A DNA stretch of 64,000 nt from Patellaria atrata CBS 101060. Its lineage: Eukaryota. Below are positions 11,253 through 24,552 of the stretch, piece after piece. Position 1 is the first letter of the stretch, and every line of letters starts with the position of its first letter. The stretch covers positions 833,817 to 897,816 of the forward strand of contig MU006090.1 in NCBI GenBank assembly GCA_010093705.1, in the 5' to 3' direction. The notes beneath the pieces are model-generated. The model was not told the origin of the DNA and searched no databases. It worked only from the letters and a program-made list of their open reading frames with translations. The translations under genes were made by a program, and so were the position numbers.

Positions 11253-12440
11253 ATGGCGCCACCTGCTGTACGTCGTCCATACTCTGCAATGTTATGCTTT
11301 GGTATCTAATTTTTCCATACGTTCTCATAGACTCCGTCTCCGCACCTATACAATCTGCAGTCTCGCAGCAAACCAAAGTTCGTACAACAAACTCAACCTT
11401 CGCCGTCCAATCGGGATGGGCAGAAACCAATAACTGTATTGAGACCTACCCCGAAGTTCTCCTTCAGAGCCTCAAAATCTACCGAGCCACAGCATCATGC
11501 GTTTAAAGCCCCTTCTGCCACCCAACTATCAGGACCTAGAGCGAGGAAATTAGAGCGGATAGAAAGTATCGAAGATGAGGGTGGAGATCAATCCGATCCG
11601 GCAGATGAACTTGATCATGTCCTGACCAGCATTGAAAGAGATGAGCCCCTGAACGAACAACAGCCTTTGGAAATCCCCCATGCTCATGACGAAGAAGAAG
11701 AGATGCTGTTCACCGTAGAGAAGGGTCATAAAAGACGCCGTGTTCTCCACACCACTACCCAGCAGAGTGTAATTGAGGATGAAGACATCCACAATATTGC
11801 ACAAGAAATATTGACTACACGTCAGATTACACATCATTCGAATTCGATTCCAAGTGCAGCAAATCCACCAGCTACGCCATCTCAAGCTTTCCATCGCTTT
11901 GTTTTAGGCCCGTCCCCAGCCCCTTGGGGCCGTGGTCAACCTCTCATTCAAGGCCTCAGGAACGGGACACCTACTACCGCATCTACTCCCAAGCCTTCCT
12001 TTCTCAAACCATCCATACGGGACTCTACGACATCCACACCGCTTCCTGATTCATTCTCACCCCACCGCCGAGGCCAGAAGTTTGTTCCTGGCGGCATGGC
12101 AGCAACAGTCGGTCAGTGGATTGTGGAAGTCGGCCATACGGCAACTACACAAAAGCGTGGAAGTAATACAGTAAATGAGCACGGGCTTATCGGAAGAATA
12201 CGAGTTAAAAGTGTAAGTTTAGCTCAGGGACCTAGTTTTATCAAGGGGGAGATCTCTCCCACAGAAAATGAAAACACGAGACTCAGGGAGATCAATGTAG
12301 TGCTGGTTGGAAAAGGAAGAAGTGGTAGGAATATAGTTCAAGAGGGTGATGTAGTTGGAATTTGGGCACCCAGCTGGGATATCGAGATCAAGTCTCAAAG
12401 ATGGGCTATTGGCGTCGATTGGGGTTTGCTCAACGCATGA
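11253..12440 (+). CDS. Uncharacterised protein: disordered N-terminus plus predicted beta-rich (OB-like) C-terminal domain
   Basis: ATG 11253 (MAPPA), GTACGT..CTAAT..TAG intron 11268-11330 joins in frame to the long ORF; FSPHRRGQKFVPGGMAATV and GDVVGIWAPSWDIEI..W.IGVDW blocks. Confidence 0.8.
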
Positions 12441-13687
12441 AGATACTACTAAACGACATATGGCAGACAAATGGCCCAACAAGTTCCTAAGCGCACCTGT
12501 TACACCACTATAACGTATTCGACTGACTTATTCGAAGTCCCGGTCGTCTCCACTCTGTGTCGATTCTCCAGTATTGGTTGGATACCATTCAACGTTTCAG
12601 CATTGCTTCTGTACTTAGTAAGCTAGAAAACTCTCATTCTAAGACTGTTGACGGTTTTGATCCAAAGCAAAATTTCTCAAATATAGATTATATGGCACGT
12701 ATCAGGTAGTCCCCAAGTCCCAGAAAAGAACTATGTATCTGAAAGTGGCCTCCTTTCAACTTCTTTCATTTTGCCAACCCCAAAACTCTTACTAGTTTCA
12801 AATGGACACACTACTGTTGCTATCAGAAGCTCTCACTCTCAAGTTAACTTCCAGCGCAATAGCTCCGTAGTATTGGCCCTTTTCCCTCGCTCTTTCATCG
12901 TTTTAATCTATCACCGCTCTTCACTCTACATTGTACTTCCATCTTAGTCCGTAATGTCTGATTGTCCGAGATTCGAAGCTTGATGTTACACAGAGGCCTC
13001 GCATCCCAAGCCTAGAAAGAGTCTCGTTCCGAAGGAATCTGTCACACCTGTGCTAGTTTAGGCTAGAAGCACACCGACTATAACTTTACCTTTACAGACC
13101 ATCGTTGTAGGGCACCCTTCGTTCCCATTGGGTCCGTTAGGAAAATGAGTTTTATATCAGATTATATTTTGAGATTGAGCTTCACACCCGGATGGGCTGC
13201 GATTCAATCACTGTAAGCATAAGGGAGCAGTTGGTAAGGTATATCCTCCTATCCCGAGCTATGGCTAGCGGTCTACTTACAAGAGCCGTTGTGTCTCTAC
13301 ATTCTATCCTTATGGCAATTCTGCCGATTGTACGGCTCCGTTCCAATACTAAACCCCGTACAGATAGTGGACTATACAAGTTGACGAGACCATACAAGTT
13401 TCACTGGGCTGTAACAAATAGCTCACAACGCAGAATCGTCTGAACCAGTAAAGGAGGAGAGCAATGAGCAACTTTGATCCTGCAAATCGATTACTAGACG
13501 ATTACAACAATAGAACGTGTGGAAGAATACCTTGTTAAATCATCTTGGAAATAAGGTAGAAGTTGTTCAGATAAATCTGGAGAACTAAAATAAATGAGTA
13601 CAATCGTTGAGAGAGTCATAAAGGTAAGATTATCTCTATTGGTATGTACAGATTGTATAACTTTGCATGATTTTAGAGCTTCTACAA

Positions 13688-15455
13688 CTAGACCGCGGAC
13701 TTTTCCACACTGTGAGTCTCCTGGATTTCCTCTACAGACGAGCCATTCTGGGACCCAATATCATGCTCGAGCTGCTTGGCTGCATCGGTATTATGCATGC
13801 TTTCAGACATAAAGATAAGATCAATCTCCTCCAGTGAGCGACCGCGAGTTTCCGGGCAACAGAAATAGACTATTGTTTAGGTCAGTGAACATTCTTAGCT
13901 TAATAGAATAGAAGTACGAACCAAAAGGACCGGCGAGGACGTTGAAGACCAGGAACCATATCCAGGTCTTCCATCCGACGTTTTCATCAGCAATAGCAAT
14001 CGGACCGGCAAACACAGTAACAAAAGCCATGACCCATTGGCTGGAAATACTAAGAGCGAATCCAATGTGGCGGTAACGAAGTGGCATGATCTCCGAAGCG
14101 TAAACGTACTGTAGGCACGGATTAGTATTTTCTGAAATGGTTCAGTCGCGCCGACTTTTCTCACAGTGACAGGGCCCCATGTTGGCCCAAAGACAGCAAT
14201 CCAGCAAAAGAGCATTGCGGCTGCCGCAGCGCCCGTAGCTTCGCCCGGGGTTGAGATCAGTCCGGTAAAAGCAGCCAAGAATATTGATTGTCCGATTGCG
14301 CCTCCAATGAGCCATTTTCTACGCCCAAGTTTTTCCATAAAAATTACACCGATGATGTTTGTGATGGCGAGGACAGTTGTTGCAGCACCAGCAAGACCGG
14401 AAGCTGTCAGCGGCTCGAGACCGATATAGACCTGAAAGATCGTAGTCATATAGTAAAAGATCATATTGGTCCCAATCAAATATGCCCCACCCACGAGAAT
14501 GACACCGGTCCGGATACGACGGGCAGCTTGCAAGTCAGATGTGTCCCAGAAGAAATCTTTAATGCGCAGGCGCGCTGTATCCGCCTTCTCAAGCTCAAGG
14601 GAAGCGAGAATGTCCTTCTTCGCGGTTTCAGCAGGGCCTTCTGATGTCGTTTGATTGAACATCCGCTCGAGAACAACATCACCCTCCTCAGGTAAACCTT
14701 TGGCAAAGTAGTATCTCGGAGTATCGGGAAGGGGCCAGATGAATGCTAAAGTCAACAAAGACCAGAAAATCTGAAACGCAACTGGGAACCTCCAGACCGC
14801 CTGGCCACTAGCAAAGACCATACCGAAGTCCCTAACCACGTTAGAAGGTTGGACTCTCTGAACACTTGGATAACCTACACCCAATATGCGAGCGCAGTGC
14901 CGATTGAAGCGCATCCTATCATAAGATTGACACCCTGGCCGCGTTTATGTACATGGACGGCCATCTCTGCGACAAAAACGGGAATCATGGATGTGCAAAA
15001 TCCATTGCCGATACCCTTTTACAAGGTTAGTTAAGGCTATCTAAGCTGTGGTATTCGGCTCTACCCACGATAACCAATCTTCCAGCAAGTAATTGACCCC
15101 AGCCATAACTTGACGCAGAGATTATAGTCCCAACGATCTGTATTATCTCTCCCATGATTATCCATGTTCTTCTTCCGGCGAACAAACCAAAGCAGGAGAC
15201 GATAATGCAGCCTAACCATGACGCCAGAAGGAAGATTGATGTTGTCATTGAAATCGTCCAGGTGTCTCCGGGGAACTTCATTGCAGATTGAAACTCTGGA
15301 GTTAACAGAATGCCACCCTACACGGATTAATCCAAGGTCATTAGTATTAGGGTGAGAGCACATACGAGAACACCAGCATCCCATCCAAAGGTGATAAAGC
15401 CCAACCCTCCCGCGATGAGGGCATTTCTATACAGCTGGTCTCCAACAACCACCAT
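13688..15455 (-). CDS. MFS sugar porter family transporter, multi-exon
   Basis: FGWDAGV, GRRTWI, GRLVI, WRFPVAFQ, PDTPRY, IFYY, EKLGRRKWL, TWGPVT, PETRGRSLEEID motifs across exons. Confidence 0.92.
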
Positions 15456-17185
15456 TTTGGCGTCCGAAAACTGAAAATGGATGGGTCTATAATTTCTGCG
15501 TAGTTCTGTACAGGAACACGGGAAGAGAGGATTGTGAATAGTGACTCCAGAAGGAAGAGTTGAAATTGGAGCTGAAGATTAGGAAATGGAATTCTCATTC
15601 GATTTCTACCTACAGTAAAAACACCTACAAGCATTTGGAATCATAATCGATGGAGAATCCCGTAAGCCACGGAACTATTGGCTATTAACCACATTGTTTA
15701 ACGATATGCTTCCAGACCAGAGAGATTGACCGAGATGTTGGGAAGGATATGCACGATACGCACATGGCAACTCGATAGGCCACCTCGGGGACCATCTGCT
15801 TACCCCTTACAGTACAGTTACAAGACGTAAGGATACCTGGATCTCCCACGTGAAAATTTTGAAATCGAGCACCTTCTTGAGAGGACTCGGGACCAACTAA
15901 CGAAAATCGGATAGGAACTTCATAAAGCGAGGATTTGAGACGAGCGAAGGAGTCGGAGAAGGCTCGGCATGCTCTCTTGTATGTTCGCGAATTAACATGA
16001 TGCCTGTGATAAGAAAAAGAGATTCGTATGAATCGTATCAACTTTGATATCAGCCACTCAGCACGAGCTCATCCCAAAAACGTCCCGAGCGGACGGCCCG
16101 GCAACGGCCCCGGGTTGCATCAAGAATCCCACTCGAGAGTTTAAATGAGTGATCCGAGCGCCGTGATTGCTCATCCTGTGGTGGACTCGACTCGGCAAAT
16201 GCCCGAAGCGATGGTGATGCCGATCTTATACCGATCTGTAACAATTTGACATGGAAATATGAATCGTTCAGCCCTTATCACAGCAAAGTGAGACAGAGTG
16301 GGTACCTTCATGCTGGGGTAAATAATGGAGTAAACGCCACAGGAGGAGAAGTAATAGTTTGCAAGCTTGCAAAGCTGCCAGAACGCGAAGGAAAATTGAG
16401 AATACTCTCGTCGAACCGTCGGGAATGATTTTCGGTGAACCGTGCACTAGAAGGAACGCTCGCTTATTTTACTTGACAGCTCCTTCACAACCTGGTTTCA
16501 TATCCCAGCTTGGAAGAAAGGAATTCAGCGAAACTATCAAAACAACCTTAATAGAAATTTCCATGGCCTGAGCGGAATCGATACATGATCCCCCCGCAAT
16601 TCCTTTTCACATAGCACATTTCCCCCCTAGTGAAGGAGAGGGGATCCAAGAACCAGTTCTGCTAAACGTTATCCAGAGCTCCTCAAAACTGTGGACATTT
16701 CTGTCGTAGTCACATACTCCGCAATAACGGTTCTTGGGTGCTTGAACAAAGCTCTAGTTAAGCTTCCGTATGTTCGTCAGTCTCCTAACCTCCATGAATG
16801 TCTCTCCACCGGACCTACTACCCCGTAAATGTCGTAAATTGTTCGCGCAATGATATAGTAAGTACACAAAATTCTTAGAATGGACTAGGCGCGCGGAGTT
16901 AGCGATTAAGCTGACACCTTCGGGCCATACGATGTCTGCAAACCTGATTCGGATCGAGGAATCTTACAAAGTATTGTTTTAGTTCCAAAAGTACAGTACA
17001 TTCAACCTTATCATGATCAACATATGACCCCCGCCAATGCCTAGAGGAATCGGTAGAATATTTAGAACCCCATTTGTCAATAGAGTTCTATTTCGTTGCT
17101 TTGTTCATTTCATTCTTAACTCGCAAATAATTTGCGGTCTTCCAGAGCTCCCCTTTTCATCGTTCCAAAGAGAAGAGAATAAGAA

Positions 17186-18847
17186 ATGGGAGTTCTAGAA
17201 GTGCTTCCGAAGCTTACAATATCTAATGTTGTTGTAGGATTTCTTGTCTGTATTGTTATTCGGGCAGTTTACCAAGTAGTCTATTACCGATTTTTCCATC
17301 CTCTGAGAGCCTTTCCGGGCCCCTTTTGGGGTAGTGTTACTAGATTATGGATAGCTTATCATAACTTTAAAGCAACTGAGCTTGCTCAATGTCAAGCTCT
17401 TCACAAGAGATATGGTCAGCGCTTCGGATCGGAATGTGGTACTTTTACACAATCATTGACTTTGAACCTATAGGTCCTGTCATTCGCGTTACGCCAACCT
17501 TGTTGCTCGTCAGTGACGCTGCAAAGCTTCCGGAAGTATATAGTAGGCAAGCAAACAAGTCGAAGTACTATATTGCGGGGAGTTTTGGAGAGACGGAGAG
17601 CCTCTTTAATATGCAAGACTGGAAGACACACGCGTATTTCCGCAAAATCGCAGCAGGGCCTTATTCATTCACGAATATAAAAAAAATGGAGCCACTGATC
17701 GATGCACGCATGCGAGACTGGATAGCCAAAATTGAGGAACTGTTCGCTAAAACCGGTAACAGATTTGATTTTGCACCTTGGGCTGTTTATATGGCATACG
17801 ATATCATTTCAGAAGTCGGTTTTGGGGCACCCTTTGGCTTTATTGAAACTGGCTCAGATGTTGGAGGTTTGATCCAAGGATTCCATGATGGCCTGACACC
17901 TTTCGGGTTGATGGGGCGCTTATATCCTTTTACGATGTGGGTTAAGAAAACATTTTTAGGGAAATATCTCGTCGCTAAACCTGAAGATGACTCTGGAATC
18001 GGCACTCTTATGCGATTTAGGGACAAATTGATCCTCCAACGTCAAAGAGATATTGAAAAGGGGACGACCGGTGGGCGTATCGATCTCCTACAGACCTTTC
18101 TCGATGCTCGAACGGATGAAGGCAAACCACTAGATATGGATTACATCAAGGCTGAGATCCTGTTGGTGCTACTCGCCGGCGCTGACACAACTGGAACCGC
18201 ATTCCAGGCTATGATGAGCTATGTCATGTCCAATTTAGAAGTATACGAAAAGCTCATGAACGAAATTGATTCCGCGACTGCTGCTGGTCACCTCTCTGAT
18301 ATGCCTCAGTATGACGAGGTTACGAAACACTGTCCTTATTATATCGCCTGCATGAAAGAAAGCATGCGTTTAACACCTTCAGCACCGAATATCTTCCCCA
18401 GAGAGGTTGGGAAAGGTGGGATGATGCTTGAAGGTAAATTCGCGCCTGAGGGTACCGAGGTTACCTGTAACCCTTATCTCGTACACCGCGATGAGAAGAT
18501 ATATGGTCCCGACGCTAGCCTATTCAGACCTGAGAGGTGGCTCGAAAGTGAAGAGAAGGCGAGAGAGTATAATAAGTATAATATGGCATTTGGCTATGGC
18601 GCGCGTATCTGCTTAGGACGGGATATAGCACTGATGGAGCTGTATAAGGGACCGTTACAGGTAAGGCATCTTTACTCATCCACCGCTTCTCAACGCTTAC
18701 ATTGTCCTACAGTTCTTCCGTACTTTCAAACCTGAGATACTCAACCTTCAGAAACCGGGTGATTGGGTTGTTAAGGGAGGAGTGTCTTTCTTCGAGAACA
18801 TGTGGATGACCATTCAGCGAAGGCCAAATGTTACACGTAAATCCTGA
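17186..18847 (+). CDS. Cytochrome P450 monooxygenase
   Basis: N-terminal TM and FPGP; I-helix AGADTT; K-helix ESMR; PERW; heme motif [10 protein letters not shown]; introns 17415-17473 and 18661-18712. Confidence 0.96.
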
Positions 18848-19099
18848 TGTCCACAACCTAGCCACTAGAGCCCATGTGGAAAATGTAAATATACGGCTTG
18901 CGGTGTTGAATACCAGCTAAATGCCTACTCTTTTGCTAACACTGCTCTTGTCCAAATGCGAATTATGCACTACTTGCATACATTTCTCACCCTTTTGACA
19001 TGTCGAAAAAAAGAATCAGGATCCGAGCAAAGCGATCTCCAACCCAACAACTAACCCGAACACTGAAAACGACAAAATCCTCTCCCTATAATTTTACTC

Positions 19100-20060
19100 T
19101 TCTCCTGATTTCCGCAGACCCCTAACCCACCCCAGCCCTCTTCCCGTCTCCCGTCCCGTCTTTGTTCCCCCAGAAGAGCCTCATAGAGCTCGGATGTCAG
19201 GCCTCCCACTTACTCATGCGACATCCGTGCTTTCGCTGCAGGAGCCCCGAAGAGGGGAAGGAGATGAGGTTTTCTGACGATCGGGGTAAGACACGGACCA
19301 TAGGAGGGGCGTGGGATATGGTGCTGGAACTAGGACGCTTTGGGCGATGGCTGGGGTTGTTAGTGCAAACGGTCGGGTACGGGGAGTGTGGGGCCGGTTG
19401 CTAGGGTTCGAGCAAGGGGAACTGAGAGAGTTTGGGAATTTTATACGCTGTAGAATTCGGTACTTTGTAAATGACGCGGACACGGTGTGCTTGTACAAAT
19501 ATTCGTGAGATAAGAGATGGATGTTACTACTCTGTACCCGTCTACGGGGAACGAATCGAGTTTCGGTCAAGTTCCCATCATGATATCAGTGCACTTCCCA
19601 CAACCTTGACAATCCTTCAAACGCCTCCTTTTCTTCCAGATTCCTAACAACGTTTCAAGAAAAATTTTTAGCGGCACTGAAGACCCGTAGGATGCTTGCA
19701 AGCCTCAACGCTCAGATCCCCACCTCTTGTCATCCGCCCCGATCGGCAACCCGATATACCCAAACCTAAGAACGCCTCCGTGTCGGAAGTTATGAACCGC
19801 CGAGCAGCATGTGCTCTCCATGCATCGGGGGTAAACACTCGAAGCTGTCAACACACTCATTGGTCTATTCGTTTCAGAAGTGGATCTTCTGTGGGGATGA
19901 TCTGCTCTAAGATTATGAGTTGTGGCTCGCAAAGAAACTTGGTGGAACGGCGTTGTGAAAAGGGTATTATGACTTGGAAAAAGCAACAACAATTGTCGGT
20001 GTGAAAGGCCCTTGAAGGGATCAATGTCTGTACTGTAACCGACGATCTCTGAAGGCATTG
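19100..20060 (-). pseudogene. Possible heavily degraded fungal-specific transcription factor (Fungal_trans_2-like) remnant
   Basis: Fragments in shifting frames (LEQIIP..DPLL, GD..KH.TG, EV.*YHD..LT, NLIS/FPLFGA) plus an orphan CTAAC..CAG acceptor at ~19351-19365; many stops and frameshifts. Confidence 0.3.
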
Positions 20061-20415
20061 GAGGAGTCGATGGGAAATTCTACAAGAACTACTTGGCAGT
20101 TGGTAATTCACGTAATTTCTGCTGGACAATATTCGCTCCATCTAACATATATTTTGAGGTTGACAATTCTAAATCCACTAGCCCTTTTTGGTTCCCTATT
20201 GGCTTTTGAATGATCGTGGGAATGATATGGTATAATGCAGTTTGCGACTCCAGTACTCCGTTCGAGCGTCCCCCAATCGTACAGTACTCATAGACATCTT
20301 ACTACATTGCTAAAATTCTGAAAGATACCTTGTTTTTGCCATTCCCCCTATTTACATTGCTGGTCGCTGATCTTCAGATGTGAAAATCTGCAGCAGAATA
20401 GAAGAATCTACGGCG

Positions 20416-21867
20416 TTAGTGAACACCATACTTCTTGTCCTCCTCGTGAGAGTAGAAGCTTGTGTCATCGTTCGACACATGAGTGGTGATCTCCGTCTTT
20501 GCCTGAATCCTACCTTGGGGAACGTTGAGTCTTTCCTCGCTCGAGTTGCTCATAGCATCTTGTTCGATGTTGACATTAACTCCACCTTTTCCGTTCTTGA
20601 TACCGCTGTAGTCAGCTGGCCCGTGAATGCCACCATTATGAACACTCAATGTCCTTAACTTCACCGGTTGTCCATTCGGGCCGAGTCGTTGAAAGTGTCC
20701 ATTACTGCTAACATTCGATTTCTTTCCATACGCAGATGCAGAATTTCCGTTTCCGGAATAATCGCTACCTAAGATACGTGGGAGGTAACGCTTCGCTAAT
20801 GCTTTGAAGGAGGGGATGCTGGCGGCACAAATACCGATGTTCGTCTCGATAACTGACCAGTACATGGCGCCGCTAATTGCCCAAGTAGCATCGGGATCCG
20901 TCAACATACGAGGAATGAAACTGATGCGGATGATGGAGGAGATACACGCGCTACTTTTGTCAGCGACCATAGACTAGGAGTCAGGTGTGACTTACAAAAG
21001 TCCAAGACAGAGCATAATTCCCAATGCAATTTTCTGATTCCGGGGTACTTGTAAGTTGATGACAAGTCGAATAGGTAGTGTGTATGTCAACAAATCCGTC
21101 GCGATATTGAGAGCCGCATTAGCGAGATAGAAAGCGTTGATATTGACGCATACTTTATCGGTAATGCTCAAGTCCCAGGCTGCTTTGATCGGATTGCACT
21201 GGAAAATGCAAGTAAAGACATTTGCTGAGGCTTGACAACTGACAATTATTACCATAACGAAAGCCATTTTCCTCAGTACTCGGTCACCAAGACGCATATA
21301 CAATGCAAGCACAGAGACTTTTAGGAAACCTAAAGTGGCATTGTAAAACATGGAAGATAGCCAGACAATCTACGAGATGTTAGTATTCAGAATTATTCGG
21401 TTTTTACACTCCACGAACCTGCATATAGTTCATAAAATTCTCAGGGCCTCGAAGCATCACAACTCCGATATGACTTCCCAATCCAAGGTCGACAGCTTAT
21501 ATTCTGTCAGTATATGCGTCGACGGACAATTAAATATGCATATACTCACATCGAATGGTTGCCGCGATGAAAGCCCATGACAGAAGCTAAGACATGTCAA
21601 TAAATTTCCTTATCCGAAACTATCTTCGTGACATACAGTTGCAATTGTGATCAAGACTATAGGAGTTTCAGCAATGAGGATTCCCTAACAATTTTAAATA
21701 CACTTACTATCGTCAGGCCCAACTGCCTTTACCACACAGAAACGTGTAAAGAGTCGGAGGGCAATCACCACCGTTGTAACGGAGCCGAAAACTATACATA
21801 TCGTGTTGACTGTTTTCCCAACAGACTCGTAGTTGAGTGGTGGTTGCTGTGCTTGTGGGTCGGCCAT
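20416..21867 (-). CDS. PTH11-like integral membrane protein (fungal rhodopsin-domain/GPCR-like), no CFEM domain
   Basis: VIALRLFTR..GPDD, KVSVLALYMRL, IFQCNPIKAAWD..C, NIATDLLTYTLPI, QKIAL..LG, WSVIETNIGICAASIP. Confidence 0.92.
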
Positions 21868-24455
21868 AATGAAATGTCGATACAGAAACAATTGCAAAAC
21901 TCAAAGGCCGAAATGAATGTCTATGGCCAGCACGACACAGATAAGTGCACAATAATGGCCTTCAACAGCTGACCTTTAAAGAAACTTATCCACGGAAAAA
22001 TGGTGAGAGATATAGTCTAGCTTGGAGGTTATGTACGAAAACATATAACACACAAAAGACCTCTGAAGGAATATCGAGCACGATGAAAGCTCCTTGATCA
22101 GGTTGTTTTCAGGGAGGTGTCAACTGCCACAATCTGATCATTTCCATTCTAGCTGAAGGTTTGAGGATTCCAGACAAGATCCCCACGGACCCTTGAGATG
22201 CATGCCAGGAACCAACCACATGTCAACGGCGGAAAATTTCCCCTAAAGCTCGAGAAAAAAGCATCTCATTGATTGGGTATCGAAATAGCGTCACAATTGA
22301 CGGTTTTCTTGCCGTTCATGTTTTGGTAAAGCTTGTACCAGAGCGAAGGCAAAGGAAAAAGACCCCTGCCTAAGATTTCTTTTAATGCTCGAATAAATTA
22401 AGAATAAGAAGACTGAATATTAGGAACAATTACCTTGGCGAAATTACAAAACGATCACCTGCGAGAAGACGCTGGAAATAACAAATGACATAAGACAGTT
22501 ATCATAGCAGCAACATGTAATACATTTGGCGGGTATTCAACCAAGAAGAAGTTCCTACCGTAAAGATGACCTTTTTGTTTCTCTCGAACTCATAGGTCTG
22601 AAATGTACTGTAAAACATAATACAGTACGAGCTGGACAAGTATTCCAAGGTCCACATTCCGCAGAGCCGTCGTCTAAGCTTGTGGAGCCAAACAGGCTCC
22701 TGGGATTTTACTTAACGACTACAGTGTAAACGACATGAAACTTTGCACATTGAACCAATCGGTCTACGAGACCGAAATTTTACATGTTCTAACAGGCTCG
22801 GCGAGTCCAACATACCAAGGAGAATTTCCCAGAGTCTTCCTATTGTAGTATTACTATGCATCACTTTAGCATCGTTCCGAGTGCCCTGACCTTTGACGAT
22901 CATTTCTTCTTTTGAGGTCCCACCACGTCTTGGATGCTGGGGAGTGGAGAATGTTGAGGAACACTCGAGTTTTGAGCCCTCGCGACCATGACTCTTGTCC
23001 TTGCTCACTTTTAAGACCAGCATACAACGATCATGACAAGGGGTCTGTGATGCTCATTAATATGAATGCAGATAGAAAAGAAGAAATTATGATGATAAGG
23101 AAAAAACTGAGATCACAATCAACTGGGAGAAAGGAGATTGAAAACTTGGTCGGCCAATAACTCGGCCCGACTACTGGCCGATATCGACATCAGCCATCTG
23201 TGCCATGCTTTGATACCTCAGATTCTCAACGATACTTTAACCTCAGAGAATTCCAAAGGTAATAACATTGAGTGGCCTACATTCCATCGAGAGCTCATGC
23301 TTTACCAACTTTACAAATGTACGGCAATTACTAAGCTTAATAAAATGGGACATCTAAGTTCTCGAGTATCTTCCCCCATCAAGTTAATAGTCAGCATGGT
23401 CTATCTAGTACAAGAGCATATCGTTCCTAGAATCCTCTGCAGACACATCTCAAAGATTGAGTAGCATTTACTACTACATCATCATTTCTTCACCTCATCG
23501 TTTAGTTTTATTATCTGGTCTTCGTAATTCTTGTTGTAGGTTTTATGCCCTTCCTGATCAAATATGCACGTACATTTGGATTTCGGATATCTATAGTTTG
23601 AGATATTATTAATCTATCGAGTCATAACGTGTCATTACTTGCTGTGTCCTGAGGGATAGTCTTAAATCCAGTTCGTTTTCATGATCGGAAGTCTTCTTGA
23701 TGTAATACCAACCTGTGGTATTTTGCAAATTGCAAAATGGTCCCAACGATAACCACAAACCCCTTTTTAGTTCCTTATGCTTGCACATCAAAGTCATACA
23801 ATAAGCTGGGTTCACTCATCCACTTTCTCGGTGTGATCTTATACCATCACTTGACGGGATATCAGTATTACTGATTGGACCTATGCATAGCCGCAAGCTT
23901 GGCTTTTTTGCCGCTGTTGGCATGAAACCAAAACTTCGAAAGCTGGCCGATGATGTGTTCCAGGAGCTAGATAAGAATGACCAAAGGCCTCCAAATAGCC
24001 GTCTTCATAACCGCAACAAGCTTGCTTAGTCTATGCAGACGCATACTTTTCAGGTTATCAAGAAAGCACTTAAGACATTCTTTTACGACTCCAACGGACC
24101 AAATGTTAGGAATTGGACCCCTGATTCCGCTCCGTCTTTTCTTCGACCCACGAAGTCATCTCTAAGACGACTTTAATAGAGTTTGACATCTCCTTACAAT
24201 AAATGGCCTCATCGACAGTTCACTTTTTTGGCCACCTGAGGGGGAAGCTATCATGGGTGCTGTACTTTTGAGATCAGAGTTTCCTTTCCCACATCACACA
24301 AATGAACTACAGTGTTCCGATTTCTTCAATTTTGGTGAATAAAGAGAGAAAACCATTCATTCAGCAAGAATAACAGTAAATGAAAATAAAAAGAATTATA
24401 AACAGAAAATAAGACTAAGAAAAGGAAGAAAGGCAAAAGGAAAAAGAAAATATCC

Positions 24456-24552
24456 AAAAAAAAAAATCCCCCCCCTGCCGAAGCGAGCATAGTCCGCCCT
24501 GCCCGGGGAGTCCGGGTATCAAACTGTATTGTTTTGAAAATCAGGGCGGGAA
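24456..24552 (-). ncRNA. Candidate small structured RNA or element (unidentified)
   Basis: 8-bp stem CCGCCCTG/CAGGGCGG enclosing two hairpins, then a C(UUCG)G tetraloop hairpin, G8 and T11 on the minus strand; GC island in AT-rich intergenic DNA. Confidence 0.35.

Noticed and set aside
22000..24400. AT-rich intergenic stretch as a RIP-degraded transposon or telomerase RNA locus
   Set aside because: No transposase, RT or terminal-repeat remnants recognisable, and no TAACCCTAA template seen here.
24475..24490. Minus-strand TGCTCGCTTCGGCAG resembles the metazoan U6 snRNA 5' end
   Set aside because: No ACAGAGA box or other U6 core follows; the sequence runs into G8/T11.
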